The notes under the pieces: model-generated
The model's database searches: none
The model's input: the letters and a program-made list of their open reading frames with translations, nothing else
What the model was told of the DNA's origin: nothing
NCBI GenBank assembly: GCA_902785945.1
Contig: CADAAR010000002.1
Coordinates: 71,743-135,742, forward strand
Direction of reading: 5' to 3'
Source: an uncultured Prevotellaceae bacterium
GTDB lineage: Bacteria > Bacteroidota > Bacteroidia > Bacteroidales > Bacteroidaceae
Length of the DNA: 64,000 bases
In this document: positions 38,922 through 49,832 of the stretch, piece after piece
How the letters are laid out: every line of letters starts with the position of its first letter
Position numbering within the stretch: position 1 is the first letter of the stretch
Position numbers and translations under genes: made by a program

Positions 38922-38961
38922 AATAATTTCATTTTTTCATTTTTTCATTTTTTCAATTCTC

Positions 38962-40713
38962 TTAGAGGTTCACCACAGGATGTACCGTCCAACCCTTGCT
39001 GGCGAAATAGTCAGCATTGCTCGTACTGCTATTGGCAGAGTTGCCTACGAGGTTGGGGTTATCGTTCAACGTACCCTGATAGATGGGGAAGAACTCATGA
39101 CCCTGGATCCAGGAGTCGTATGAACTCTTCAACTCAGAATCGACACCTACCTCAGCATAGCTGACAGGTTCCTTCACCCTGCTACGATCATTAGTACGAC
39201 GGAAAGTGCCGTGTTCCTTAATCTGCTGCAGACGGTCGGCACTATAGAAGAAGCCCCAGCGCAGGAGATCGAAGCCACGACCGAACTCACAACCGAACTC
39301 CTTCGGGCGCTCCACATTGGCAATCTGCTCGAAGAGTTTGTCTTTTGAGTTGAAATCAGCAAGATTGAGATTGGCCAGTCCAGCACGGTTACGCACCTGA
39401 TTGATCCAGTCGATAGCCTGCTGGGTAGGACCATTGACCTCGTTCTCGCACTCAGCAGCACGAAGCAGCACATCGCTGTAACGCATCATACGGAGGTTGA
39501 TACCACAGTGCAGACCGGTTACCACCTTGTCGTAGATACCCGTGCGGAGATTGGTGTTCTTTGCGATAGGCAGACCACCATAGTTATTGTTTGTCACCAC
39601 AGGGGCATCAGCAGTCATCGGCACAGTATAGCAGACATTGCCATACTCAAAGCCTTCCCATTCGGGCTCGTAGGTACCGATGGTCCAATAGAGACGGGGG
39701 TCGAGTGAGCCACTGGTGGTCTTCTCAGCCTTGAAGAGCTGATAGAGCCAGGGCGAGGCAGAGAGGTCTGCCCATCCACCGAAATCACCAGGTCCGTAGT
39801 TACTCTCGATAGCGTGGCCCTGTGTCGCATTCGGGCTGGTATTCACTGGCGTCCACTCATCGTCGGTTCCCTGTGAACCATAGTCCAGGTATTGAACCTC
39901 GAACAGGCTCTCGTCATTGTTCTCATAGGCCGGTCCCTCACGGAAGTTATCTCCATAATTAGCCATCAGCTTATAGGTACCATACTGACCATTAATGATA
40001 GCTTTCAGCACCGTGAGCGCCTCACTATACTTGTGGCGCATCATCAGTGCACGGGCATAATAACCAGCGGCTGCACCACAGGTGGCACGACCCTTGGCCC
40101 ACTCTCCGCCTTCATTACGGCTGGGCAGCAATGTCATGGCCTCAGCAAAGTCCTTCTCCACCTGATCCCAAGCCTCGTCATAAGTGCTGTTAGCACCATA
40201 CAGACCATCGAGCGTAGAATAGGTGGCATAATCGGTAATCAAAATCGGGTTCTGATAGTAGCCGGTGAGGTTATAGTAAGCCAGACCACGTAGGAACAGC
40301 ATCTGTCCCTTGATGCGCTTCATGGCTTCTGAGAGTACACTATTATCTTCTCCACAGCGAGAGAGCGTATAGTTTGTCACGTTGATGGTGTAGTACCAGT
40401 CACGCCATGACCACTGACCAATCTCGTCGGTGAAGGGGGCATTCAGATCATCAAAAGGCATGTACCATACCTGTGAGGAATTCCACACCTCATCACCACG
40501 GCACACGTCGAGGGTATAACCGACACGGGCGTAAGTACCCTCCATACGAATGTGGTTGTAAGCGGCAATCACATTCTCCTCCAGATCTTCGGCGGTATTG
40601 CCGAACGTGGAGGTCGTCTGCTGGTTGGGGTTCGACACGTCCAACTTATCTTCACACGACGTCATCATGCCAAGACCCAGCAAAAGAGCGAAGGAAATTT
40701 TATATAGTTTCAT
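38962..40713 (-). CDS. susD: SusD/RagB lipoprotein
   Basis: Lipobox TSC, FLRGLAYY, GRAT, RYSDVLL, INQVRNRAG, EF...DLLRWG. Confidence 0.93.
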   Translation of the reverse strand: MKLYKISFALLLGLGMMTSCEDKLDVSNPNQQTTSTFGNTAEDLEENVIAAYNHIRMEGTYARVGYTLDVCRGDEVWNSSQVWYMPFDDLNAPFTDEIGQWSWRDWYYTINVTNYTLSRCGEDNSVLSEAMKRIKGQMLFLRGLAYYNLTGYYQNPILITDYATYSTLDGLYGANSTYDEAWDQVEKDFAEAMTLLPSRNEGGEWAKGRATCGAAAGYYARALMMRHKYSEALTVLKAIINGQYGTYKLMANYGDNFREGPAYENNDESLFEVQYLDYGSQGTDDEWTPVNTSPNATQGHAIESNYGPGDFGGWADLSASPWLYQLFKAEKTTSGSLDPRLYWTIGTYEPEWEGFEYGNVCYTVPMTADAPVVTNNNYGGLPIAKNTNLRTGIYDKVVTGLHCGINLRMMRYSDVLLRAAECENEVNGPTQQAIDWINQVRNRAGLANLNLADFNSKDKLFEQIANVERPKEFGCEFGRGFDLLRWGFFYSADRLQQIKEHGTFRRTNDRSRVKEPVSYAEVGVDSELKSSYDSWIQGHEFFPIYQGTLNDNPNLVGNSANSSTSNADYFASKGWTVHPVVNL

Positions 40714-40764
40714 ATCTTGATTCGTTTTACTTTATTACCTTTTTACTTTTTTACCTTTTTACCT

Positions 40765-43700
40765 TTAGAAAGTAAAGTTCAGACCGGCCATAAAGCTACG
40801 TGCTGTAGGATATGAGCAGTAGTTATAGCCCGGGGTGAACGTACCACCGGCATAGTCCACATTGTAACCCTTGTAACCAGTGATGGTAAAGAGGTTCTGG
40901 GCAGAGACATACACACGGACACCAGTGACATAATTGGCGAACCACTTGTTGGGGAGGTTACAGCCAAGTTCGACATTAGCAATCTTCCAATAGGCAGCAT
41001 TCTGGATCTGACGGTCACAGAACAAATCGTTCCAGGCTAAAGTAGCACTGTTCGACAGATAGGTACGGGGGATGTTGCTCACATAGGTTCCACCATCCCA
41101 CTGGTTGGCATTGAGGATATTCACATCCTTGTTACCGTAGCCATAGCTGGAGTTCAGCGTATTGTACAGGTAGTCGGTCACATGGTAGCCAAGCGCACCG
41201 AAGGTAGAAATGCTCAGGTCGAAGATCTTGTACTCCAGGTGAGCACTCAGACCGAAGTTCACCGCAGGCAGACCGCTACCGAGAACAGTCTGGTCGTCAC
41301 CATTGATCTGACCATCACCATTGATATCGCGGTAGTAGCAATCACCAACCTGTGCTCCAGGCTGATACTCAGCAAATCCCTTTTCCTGGGCGATGGCATT
41401 CAGCTGATCAAGCTGCTCCTGAGTACGGATAATGCCCTGATAGTCCCAACCATAGAACTTACCTACCTCCTCACCTACTTCAGTAATATAGGCACCAGTG
41501 ATGTATTTTTCTGTTCCGAAACCAAGTGAGGTCACCTTGTTCTTCAGCGTGCTCAGGTTGGCACTGATCTCATGCTTCAAGGCGTGGTCGCGATTACGAT
41601 AGGTGACCGAGAACTCAAAACCACTATTCTCTAATGAAGCGGCATTCATCGTCACAGTGGTGTTGGCCACACCGGCACTGGCCGGAACGGGAACATTATA
41701 AAGCAGGTCCTCCGACTTGTTCTTATACCACTCAGCAGTAAACTCAATGCGATTATTGAAGAAGGCCAGGTCAAGACCAACGTTCATGGTCTTTCTCTTC
41801 TCCCAAGCAAGGTTTTCGTTGACGAAGGTCGAAACGGCAGAACCGCTGATGGGCTGATTACCAAAGCTGTAGGTCATGTTATTACGGGCCATCGTGGCAT
41901 AGATGGCATAGTCACCCACGGAAGCCTCGTTACCAAGCTCACCATAGCTGGCACGGAGTTTGAACATATTCACAATGTCACGGTCGATGGGGAAGAACTT
42001 CTCCTTATCGAAACGCCATCCCAAGGAGATAGAGGTAAAGGTATCCCAACGGATATCCTTGGTCAGACGGGAACTACCATCACGACGGATGATACCAGAG
42101 ATGAGGTATTTGCCGTCGTAGTCGTAGTTCAGACGGGCCAGATAAGAAGCCAAGGTATGCTTGTACTCATAACTTTCGGCACTCCAGTCACTGGCATTCT
42201 GCAACTGCAGGAAGTAGGGCTCATTAAGCATAACACCTGTTGCAGACAGTGTGCTGGGGGTCTCTTGCTCGAAGGTCTGACCAACCACAAGGTTAACATG
42301 GTGGAGACCAATGGTTCCATCATAGGTCAGCGTATTCTCAATCAGGGCATCGGTATACTTGCGATGGGCCTTGGTCAGACGCTCGTTCTCCTTGGCCAAG
42401 TACACACGGTTACTCTGTATCCAGGCAGGAATCCAGGTCTTGTCATTGCAAGAGGTGGTACTGTAGGAGAGGTTGATCTTATAGGTCAACTGATGGTTCT
42501 TGCTCTTGATGCCAACCATACTCAGCAGGTCGACATCGGCAGAGGCAGTACCCAAGAAACGGTCAACAACCGTATTACGGGTCAGCATCTCGTTAACCAA
42601 CAGGGGGTTCATGGCAGAGATATCACCATGGATGGTGTCGTAATACACACCATAGCCGTAGGCATCGTAACGGTAAGCACTGGCACTACCCACCTTGTCG
42701 TCGAGTACCCATGTGGAACTGTCGTATGCCTTGATAGTCGGCTGCATGTTCAGCACACCGCCAAGCACATTGCCCAAATTACCATAAAGTCCCTGAACGT
42801 ATTCATTAGCATTTGATACAGCAAGGTTGTCCTGATTCGAATGTGAGTACACAAGGCTAGTGCGGAATTTGATGAACTTGACATCCATCGTATTGTTTAC
42901 ACGAGCCGTGTAACGTTCAAAATTAGGACCAGCACCCTCAAGGGTTCCCTTCTGCTTATAATAATCAAGACTGATATTATAGGTATTATTCACGCCTCCA
43001 CCACTGAGGTTCACACTGTGGTTCTGACGAATACCCGTCTTGAAGGCTTCACTGAGCCAGTCGGTGTCAGTATTATCCATAAAATGGTATTTACCGTCAG
43101 CACCCTTGCTATATCCACCAGGAAGAGCAGAGATACCGACATTCTCAGCAGCAATGCCGAGATACTGACTGTACTGCTCGGCATTGGTCAAGTCGTAGAC
43201 ATCCTTCTGAATCTGGTCGATACCGAAGTAGCCTTTGTAGTCCACCTTCAGAGGCTGCTCTTTCTGACCGCTCTTGGTCGTGATGATAACCACACCATTG
43301 GCGGCACGCGAACCATAGATAGCACCTGCCGAAGCGTCCTTCAACACCTGGATGGTCTCAATATCGTTCGGAGAGAAATCGCGAATAGAGGTACCCATGG
43401 GCACGCCGTCGATGACATACAGAGGAGCCTGGTTTCCGTTCAGGGTACCGATACCACGGATACGAACCAATGGGTCGGCACCGGGCTGTCCGTCAGAGGT
43501 AATCTGCACACCGGCTACCTTACCTTCCAACATCGTGGAGATATTGGAGTGCGACACGCGCTTCAACTCATCGGCATTCACAATCGATACCGAACCGGTC
43601 AGGTCGGCCTTCTTCTGAACACCATAACCCACAACGACCACTTGGTCGAGCATCTGTGAGTCTGACTCTAACTGAATCTGATTAAGGATCGCGCGTCCGC

Positions 43701-43986
43701 GTACGGCAATCTCACGATCTTTGTAACCAACATAACTGATTACGAGCGTCGCATCAGCAGGAACACTCAACTCAAAGTTACCATCAAAGTCGGTAATAGC
43801 ACCTGATTGAGCATCCTTCACCTTGACAGTGGCACCAATAAGCGCCTCACCGTCCTGGTCAACAACCTGACCACTGACCTTAATGGTCTGTTGGGTCACA
43901 GATGCCATCATTGGTGTCGGGCAGACGGAAAGTCCACCTAACATCCCCAAGGATAGCATCACAGAGAATAAAGTTTGTTTTCTCAT
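40765..43986 (-). CDS. susC: SusC/RagA TonB-dependent transporter
   Basis: VVVGYG, PLYVIDG, LKDASAGAIYGSRAANGVVIITTK, terminal F. Confidence 0.96.
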   Translation of the reverse strand: MRKQTLFSVMLSLGMLGGLSVCPTPMMASVTQQTIKVSGQVVDQDGEALIGATVKVKDAQSGAITDFDGNFELSVPADATLVISYVGYKDREIAVRGRAILNQIQLESDSQMLDQVVVVGYGVQKKADLTGSVSIVNADELKRVSHSNISTMLEGKVAGVQITSDGQPGADPLVRIRGIGTLNGNQAPLYVIDGVPMGTSIRDFSPNDIETIQVLKDASAGAIYGSRAANGVVIITTKSGQKEQPLKVDYKGYFGIDQIQKDVYDLTNAEQYSQYLGIAAENVGISALPGGYSKGADGKYHFMDNTDTDWLSEAFKTGIRQNHSVNLSGGGVNNTYNISLDYYKQKGTLEGAGPNFERYTARVNNTMDVKFIKFRTSLVYSHSNQDNLAVSNANEYVQGLYGNLGNVLGGVLNMQPTIKAYDSSTWVLDDKVGSASAYRYDAYGYGVYYDTIHGDISAMNPLLVNEMLTRNTVVDRFLGTASADVDLLSMVGIKSKNHQLTYKINLSYSTTSCNDKTWIPAWIQSNRVYLAKENERLTKAHRKYTDALIENTLTYDGTIGLHHVNLVVGQTFEQETPSTLSATGVMLNEPYFLQLQNASDWSAESYEYKHTLASYLARLNYDYDGKYLISGIIRRDGSSRLTKDIRWDTFTSISLGWRFDKEKFFPIDRDIVNMFKLRASYGELGNEASVGDYAIYATMARNNMTYSFGNQPISGSAVSTFVNENLAWEKRKTMNVGLDLAFFNNRIEFTAEWYKNKSEDLLYNVPVPASAGVANTTVTMNAASLENSGFEFSVTYRNRDHALKHEISANLSTLKNKVTSLGFGTEKYITGAYITEVGEEVGKFYGWDYQGIIRTQEQLDQLNAIAQEKGFAEYQPGAQVGDCYYRDINGDGQINGDDQTVLGSGLPAVNFGLSAHLEYKIFDLSISTFGALGYHVTDYLYNTLNSSYGYGNKDVNILNANQWDGGTYVSNIPRTYLSNSATLAWNDLFCDRQIQNAAYWKIANVELGCNLPNKWFANYVTGVRVYVSAQNLFTITGYKGYNVDYAGGTFTPGYNYCSYPTARSFMAGLNFTF

Positions 43987-44029
43987 TGTAAATTGTAGAA
44001 TTAGTTATTAAATGAATAAAAAACTGCCG

Positions 44030-44090
44030 CAAAAGTAGTCGTTTATTCATTTTACATGGTGGACAAAACAATTTATAAGGTGGACAAAAC
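44030..44090 (-). promoter_or_regulatory. susC promoter with tandem operator
   Basis: TACTTTTG at 44037-44030; GGTGGACAAAAC at 44058-44069 and 44079-44090 (21-bp period). Confidence 0.75.
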
Positions 44091-44148
44091 GATATTACGG
44101 CCACCAAGGCTGTTTTTTCCACCTCTTGAGATAAATCAATGACAAATA

Positions 44149-47088
44149 TCAATTGCCACTATAGGCACTGGGACTGACCCCATACATCTTCGTAAAGCAA
44201 CGGGTAAAGTATTTGGGATCATTGAAACCGACTGCATAGGCTATCTCGGTGATGTTACGGTTGCCGGTCTTTGTAGAAAGCAACTCTTTAGCCATGTTCA
44301 GACGGTAGTTACGGATAAACTGCCCTGCCGGGAGTCCGGCTTCTGCATTCAGGTGCTTACTGGCCACACTACGACTCATGCCTAAGGCATCACAGAATTC
44401 CTGAACACCGAATTCGGAGTCCATATAATGCTGCTCCATAATAGCCATCACACGTTCCATAAACGGCTTCGTGTTTTTCATCACTTCTTCCTGATCGGCC
44501 TCCACACTCCTGGTCACACTCTTCTGATAACGTGCCTGATTGTCGAGGATGTTGCTGATGCGCTGCTGCAACTGCTTGGGATCCTTCGACTCTTCCAACA
44601 CTTTACGGATGGGCTGCATCAACTGCTCGGCCTCACGACGCTTCAACTCAGTAACCCACCTATTATATATATGAATAATAAGCACCACGAACAAGGCTGA
44701 CAGCAACAGACGGAACCACCAACTATTCCAGAAATGTGGCTTCACCACAATTTCTATCGAGATGGTCTCTGCCTCCACCGTCGACAAGGCGGATTCATAT
44801 TTTACCTCAAAGGTGTAATCGCCTACGGGCAGAGCACTGTATCTCACAGAGTGCTGACCTGACTTCAGAAGGGTCCACTCACTGTCAAAGCCTTTCATCC
44901 GGTAACTGAAAATACCCTGGGTCTCATAGCCGTAGTTCAAGGCCGAGAAGTCAATAGAGAACGAACGGTTACCCTCACTAAGCCGGATGACCTTGGCAAT
45001 CGAGATGTCTGCATCAAGATAGTCACTGCCGGCCATGATGTCCTGATTGTCTACCATCAGACGGGTGAAGACAAGATGACCTTGACGGGCGGCCTCGGGA
45101 TTCTCACCCGTCACCTCTATCACACCGGCCTCACTGCCCAGATAGATGGTTCCTGAAGGGGCTATCACTGCAGAGTTCCAATAAAACTGCGAACTGACAA
45201 GACCGTCGGCCTGCGTATAGTTGGTAAAGGTCTTCAGGTGTGGGTCATAGACAGAGAGACCGTTCTGCGTGGTAATCCACAGCCGACCATTACGGTCTTC
45301 CACAATGCCCTTCACAGCATTGTTCACCAGACCATCTGCCTGTGTCAGCACTTCAAATCGCTCTTTTCCGTCCTTATCCACCATCCTTCGGTAAAGGCCA
45401 TAGCCGTTACTACCCAACCAAAGGGTACCATCACGACTCTCACAGAAGGAGGATATTTTCTCATAGATACGGGAATCGGGATCATCCAACCGATACATCA
45501 GATTACGATAGCTAAACTTTCCCCCTTTTTTCGATTTCAGGTCGACAGCACAGACACCACGCATACAACCCATCCAGAGTACGCCGTCCTTGTCGATCAC
45601 CGAACCGATACAACCGCGGATCAGGTCACATCCTTCAAAAGGCTCCATCAACCGACCGGTCTTCAGGTCATAGAGGAAAATACCATCATTACTGCCAATC
45701 CATAGGGCATCATTATAAGAATCATAAGCCAAAGCACCGATGTAAGTTGTCAATCGGGCCTGCTGTTCAGACATCTCCACTTTATGAACGGTCTGCGAGG
45801 CAAGGTCCACAACATTCAATCCCCCGCCCCAGGTGCCAGTCCACAAACGTCCTTTATCATCAGCCACCAAAGCTGACACACTATTATGCGACAGCGACGA
45901 ATCCTCTTTTGTCAAATGCACAAACTCTTCCACCTTCCCTCTTCCTTCTTCCCTCTTCCTTCTTACATTCAGTCCGCCCTCCACGGTGCCCACCCAAAGC
46001 GTACCATCCGGCTCCACATACATGGCATTCACGGGATTAGGAGAGAGGGATGCCGACGAGGCTGTATGAACATAGTTCTGCAACAACAACTGACGGGGCA
46101 CCAACTTGGCAATACCACCGGACTCCGTACCGACCCATATCAGACCTTTGTCCACCAGAAGACAATGCACGAAATCACTCTTCAAAGGCGGGTTGCTGGC
46201 GGTATTCCAGACAGAAAAACCATCGGTGGCATCATCATACACATTGACACCCGACAGGGAACCGACAAGCAACCGGTTGTCTGAGGTCAGGGCCAGACTG
46301 GAAAGGAAGTCATGGGACAGTCTGTAGACCGTCATCTGCTGCTGATAGGGATCATATCTGAACAGACCGTGGTTCGTGGTAATCCAGATATAATTATCAC
46401 GCTTCATCATGTCCGTGATGTACAGACCATTTAAAACCCGGAACTGCGGCGAGATCTCCTCACGCACGAGTTTGCCGTTTTTCTCTACCAAACGGAAAAG
46501 ACCACCATCAACACCGATCCAGGGCCGACCGTTGCCTTCCACGTCCCGGATACTGACATCCGGCGTATTCCCATAATAGGCATAGGAACAGATTTTAGCC
46601 ACATGACCTTTTTCGTCGAAGGTCAGCATATTGACCGTTGAATAGGTTACCAGCCACAGACGACCCATCGCGTCACAATAGGTCTTGGTACTCGACTCCG
46701 ACAACAACTGCTGAAGATGCTTGTCTAAGGTCTCAGGGAAAACACCCGACATCGTTCGCAGGTCAATGATGTTCGTCCCTTCGTCAAAAGCCACCCAAAG
46801 CCGCTTGAAACGATCTTCAGCGATGCTCTTGCAGGAATTGCTCTTCAACCACATCACAGGCGACATCATACCGTAGCCGTCATAACGCACCAGACCGCCA
46901 CCATAGGTTCCTACCCACAGAAAACCACTGGAGTCCACGAAGATAGAACTGACATTATTATGGGGCAGACCGTTCTTCAAGTCAAGATACGACACATTGT
47001 AACGCTCTGTCAACATCGTTGCTGATGTACCGACACTAAACAGCAGCAACAATAAACATAACACGATATGACGACATCCACGACTCAT
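44149..47088 (-). CDS. Beta-propeller sensor / Y_Y_Y / TM / AraC regulator lacking kinase and receiver domains
   Basis: Many LWVGT propeller repeats, YRMKGFD (Y_Y_Y), PHFWNSWWF TM, short linker, IAYAVGFNDPKYFTRCF. Confidence 0.88.
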   Translation of the reverse strand: MSRGCRHIVLCLLLLLFSVGTSATMLTERYNVSYLDLKNGLPHNNVSSIFVDSSGFLWVGTYGGGLVRYDGYGMMSPVMWLKSNSCKSIAEDRFKRLWVAFDEGTNIIDLRTMSGVFPETLDKHLQQLLSESSTKTYCDAMGRLWLVTYSTVNMLTFDEKGHVAKICSYAYYGNTPDVSIRDVEGNGRPWIGVDGGLFRLVEKNGKLVREEISPQFRVLNGLYITDMMKRDNYIWITTNHGLFRYDPYQQQMTVYRLSHDFLSSLALTSDNRLLVGSLSGVNVYDDATDGFSVWNTASNPPLKSDFVHCLLVDKGLIWVGTESGGIAKLVPRQLLLQNYVHTASSASLSPNPVNAMYVEPDGTLWVGTVEGGLNVRRKREEGRGKVEEFVHLTKEDSSLSHNSVSALVADDKGRLWTGTWGGGLNVVDLASQTVHKVEMSEQQARLTTYIGALAYDSYNDALWIGSNDGIFLYDLKTGRLMEPFEGCDLIRGCIGSVIDKDGVLWMGCMRGVCAVDLKSKKGGKFSYRNLMYRLDDPDSRIYEKISSFCESRDGTLWLGSNGYGLYRRMVDKDGKERFEVLTQADGLVNNAVKGIVEDRNGRLWITTQNGLSVYDPHLKTFTNYTQADGLVSSQFYWNSAVIAPSGTIYLGSEAGVIEVTGENPEAARQGHLVFTRLMVDNQDIMAGSDYLDADISIAKVIRLSEGNRSFSIDFSALNYGYETQGIFSYRMKGFDSEWTLLKSGQHSVRYSALPVGDYTFEVKYESALSTVEAETISIEIVVKPHFWNSWWFRLLLSALFVVLIIHIYNRWVTELKRREAEQLMQPIRKVLEESKDPKQLQQRISNILDNQARYQKSVTRSVEADQEEVMKNTKPFMERVMAIMEQHYMDSEFGVQEFCDALGMSRSVASKHLNAEAGLPAGQFIRNYRLNMAKELLSTKTGNRNITEIAYAVGFNDPKYFTRCFTKMYGVSPSAYSGN

Positions 47089-47098
47089 AGACAGTACA

Positions 47099-47578
47099 CT
47101 ATTGGCCTTTCTCCTTCAAATATTTGGCAAAAATCCTGGCCGCACTCTCTACCTTGGCAGCACAGGGACGGGTTTTATAGTATTCCGCCGTACGGGCAGA
47201 GGCCACATAACTGTTCGGGGCCTTCTCGTAACCTTCAATACCCAAGATCTCAGCACAGATCAGACTGCCGTTCTCGGCCTTCGACTGTGCCAGAAGATCC
47301 TGAACGACCTTGTAACAGGCGGACTTGCCCTCACGGTCGCTACCTTCCGTCTGACCGCAGTCCAGACCAACGAGCATCACAATACCCGACACGGCCCCGC
47401 ACATCATACGCAAACGACCGACACCACCGCCAAAACCGGCTGCAATACGCTTCGCCATCACCTCGTCCAAACCATAGAGATCGGCAAAAGCAGCTACCAC
47501 ACTCTGACAACAACCATAGCCGGCCATGAAATTATCAACGGCTCGCTGTACCCTCATTTCTAACTCCAAATCTGACAT
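47099..47578 (-). CDS. C_GCAxxG_C_C family putative redox protein
   Basis: YGCCQSV, MCGAVSG, LICAEIL, PC. Confidence 0.85.
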   Translation of the reverse strand: MSDLELEMRVQRAVDNFMAGYGCCQSVVAAFADLYGLDEVMAKRIAAGFGGGVGRLRMMCGAVSGIVMLVGLDCGQTEGSDREGKSACYKVVQDLLAQSKAENGSLICAEILGIEGYEKAPNSYVASARTAEYYKTRPCAAKVESAARIFAKYLKEKGQ

Positions 47579-47755
47579 AGTTTGCTCTTTTTAGGTTACA
47601 AAATTACAAAAAGAAAACACAAACACGCCCTTATCGACATTTTTTTGATGTTAATTATTTCTAATTGGGTATCATAAGACTTGGCTTATTCAAATAAATA
47701 GCGTAATTTTGTGCCACATTTAACGTTTTTAGTTTAAAGTTTATAGTTTAAAGCA

Positions 47756-48457
47756 ATGATTTATTCAAAAGAAGTTGAGAACATGTGTAGCGTTTGCAAA
47801 GGCGCTTATCATGGACCTGCACCTATTCCCGAGGAGGGCAAGTGGGTTGCAGTGAAGGAAATCAAGGAGATTTCTGGTTATACCCACGGTATCGGTTGGT
47901 GCGCACCTCAGCAGGGTGCCTGCAAGCTGAGCCTGAACGTGAAGGACGGTATCATCCAGGAGGCTCTCGTAGAGACCATCGGTTGCACCGGTATGACACA
48001 CTCAGCTGCTATGGCTTCTGAGATTCTGCCCGGTAAGACCATCCTCGAGGCGCTGAATACCGACCTCGTTTGCGATGCTATCAACACCGCTATGCGCGAG
48101 CTCTTCCTGCAGATTGTCTATGGTCGTACACAGAGTGCTTTCTCTGAGGGCGGTCTGGCTATCGGTGCTGGTCTGGAAGACCTGGGTAAGGGTCTCCGTT
48201 CACAGACTGGTACACTCTATGGCACTGTTGCCAAAGGTACACGTTATCTGGAACTGACTGAAGGTTACATCACCAAGCAGTATCTCGATGCCAACAACGA
48301 GGTTTGTGGTTACGAGTATGTCCACCTCGGCAAGATGATGGAGGCCGTGAAGAACGGCATGGATGCCAATGAGGCTCTGAAGAAGTTCACCGGCTCTTAT
48401 GGTCGTACAACCGAGGAGCAGGGTGCAGTGAAAGCTATTGACCCACGTAAAGAATAA
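47756..48457 (+). CDS. IscU/NifU-like Fe-S scaffold-family protein (partner of GGGtGRT)
   Basis: GWCAPQQGACKL, ETIGCTGMTHS, DLVCDAIN. Confidence 0.8.
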   Translation: MIYSKEVENMCSVCKGAYHGPAPIPEEGKWVAVKEIKEISGYTHGIGWCAPQQGACKLSLNVKDGIIQEALVETIGCTGMTHSAAMASEILPGKTILEALNTDLVCDAINTAMRELFLQIVYGRTQSAFSEGGLAIGAGLEDLGKGLRSQTGTLYGTVAKGTRYLELTEGYITKQYLDANNEVCGYEYVHLGKMMEAVKNGMDANEALKKFTGSYGRTTEEQGAVKAIDPRKE

Positions 48458-48471
48458 AGGAGGATACGACT

Positions 48472-49448
48472 ATGATTAGAAAAGTACAGTTTGAGAGTCA
48501 GGAGCGCCGTATCAACCAGGTTCTTGCTGCTCGATTTGTGAAAAGGCTGGTATCGACCCCTATCAGATGTGTGAGGACACTCAGCTCATCTGCTTCGAGA
48601 ATGCCAAGTGGGCATACGTCTGTGGTGCTGCTATCGCCATCAAGAAGGGTGTGAAGACAGCTGCCGAGGCTGCTGAGGCCATCGGTATCGGTCTGCAGAG
48701 CTTCTGTATCCCCGGATCAGTAGCCGACGATCGTAAGGTAGGTATCGGTCACGGTAACCTCGCCGCTCGTCTGCTCCGCGAGGAGACTGAGTGCTTCGCC
48801 TTCCTGGCTGGTCACGAGAGCTTCGCTGCTGCCGAGGGTGCCATCAAGATTGCTGAGATGGCCAACAAGGTACGTCAGAAGCCCCTCCGCGTGATCTTGA
48901 ACGGTCTTGGTAAGGACGCTGCTCAGATCATCAGCCGTATCAACGGTTTCACCTACGTACAGACCAAGTTCGACTATTTCACTGGCGAACTGAAGGTGGT
49001 GAAGGAAGTGCCTTATGGCAACAACCCCAGCCGTCTGAAGGTGAAGTGCTATGGTGCCGACGATGTTCGTGAGGGTGTAGCTATCCTGTGGAAGGAGAAC
49101 GTTGACGTTTCCATCACTGGTAACTCTACCAACCCCACCCGTTTCCAGCACCCCGTAGCTGGTACGTATAAGAAGGAGCGCGTGCTCGCTGGTAAGCCTT
49201 ACTTCTCAGTAGCTTCTGGTGGTGGTACTGGTCGTACCCTGCACCCGGATAACATGGCTGCCGGTCCCGCTTCTTACGGTATGACTGACACGCTGGGTCG
49301 TATGCACTCAGACGCTCAGTTCGCAGGTTCTTCTTCAGTACCTGCTCACGTAGAGATGATGGGCTTCCTCGGCATGGGTAACAACCCGATGGTAGGTGCT
49401 ACCGTATCTGTAGCCGTTGCCATCGACCTGGCTATCAACAAGAAGTAA
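48472..49448 (+). pseudogene. GGGtGRT protein, frame disrupted near 48531
   Basis: MIRKVQFESQERRINQVLAA in one frame; ICEKAGIDPYQMCEDTQ...SGGGTGRTLHPD in another. Confidence 0.75.
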
Positions 49449-49457
49449 ATCCTCTTT

Positions 49458-49488
49458 TCTCACAAAGGGGACGGTCCCTTTTGTGAGA
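49458..49488. repeat. Single REP-like unit of the GGGGACGGT family
   Basis: tctcacaaaggggacggtcccttttgtgaga; core shared with the rluA copies. Confidence 0.65.
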
Positions 49489-49495
49489 TTCGAAT

Positions 49496-49524
49496 AATCC
49501 CCGCCGGTTGGCGGGGATTTTCTT
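49496..49524 (+). terminator. Intrinsic terminator hairpin
   Basis: aatccccgcc-ggtt-ggcggggatt followed by a T-rich tail. Confidence 0.7.
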
Positions 49525-49830
49525 TTAGATCTCAAAGTCGAGACAGCTGCGCTGCACGGTGTAGGGGCGAACCTTACCGTTGGCCACAGCCACATGCTCC
49601 GGATGAACGGCGTAGCCTTTGAGTGCTTCTTCACTCTCAAGGGTGCTGTCGAGCATCACGTCGGCATTCGACGAGGCCAGACGACCGTCAATATGAACCT
49701 TGACATCGAGGAGTCCGGGAACCTTCCCCACGAGTCCTTCCAAACCGGCCTTAATACCGGCCTTCACTTCCTGCTTCTCTGCTTCAGAGAGTTCTGGATT
49801 CAATGTCCAGAGAATAATGTGCTTAACCAT
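49525..49830 (-). CDS. Dabb family protein
   Basis: MVKHIILW, VPGLL, YAVHPEH, CLDFE. Confidence 0.88.
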   Translation of the reverse strand: MVKHIILWTLNPELSEAEKQEVKAGIKAGLEGLVGKVPGLLDVKVHIDGRLASSNADVMLDSTLESEEALKGYAVHPEHVAVANGKVRPYTVQRSCLDFEI

Positions 49831-49832
49831 AA

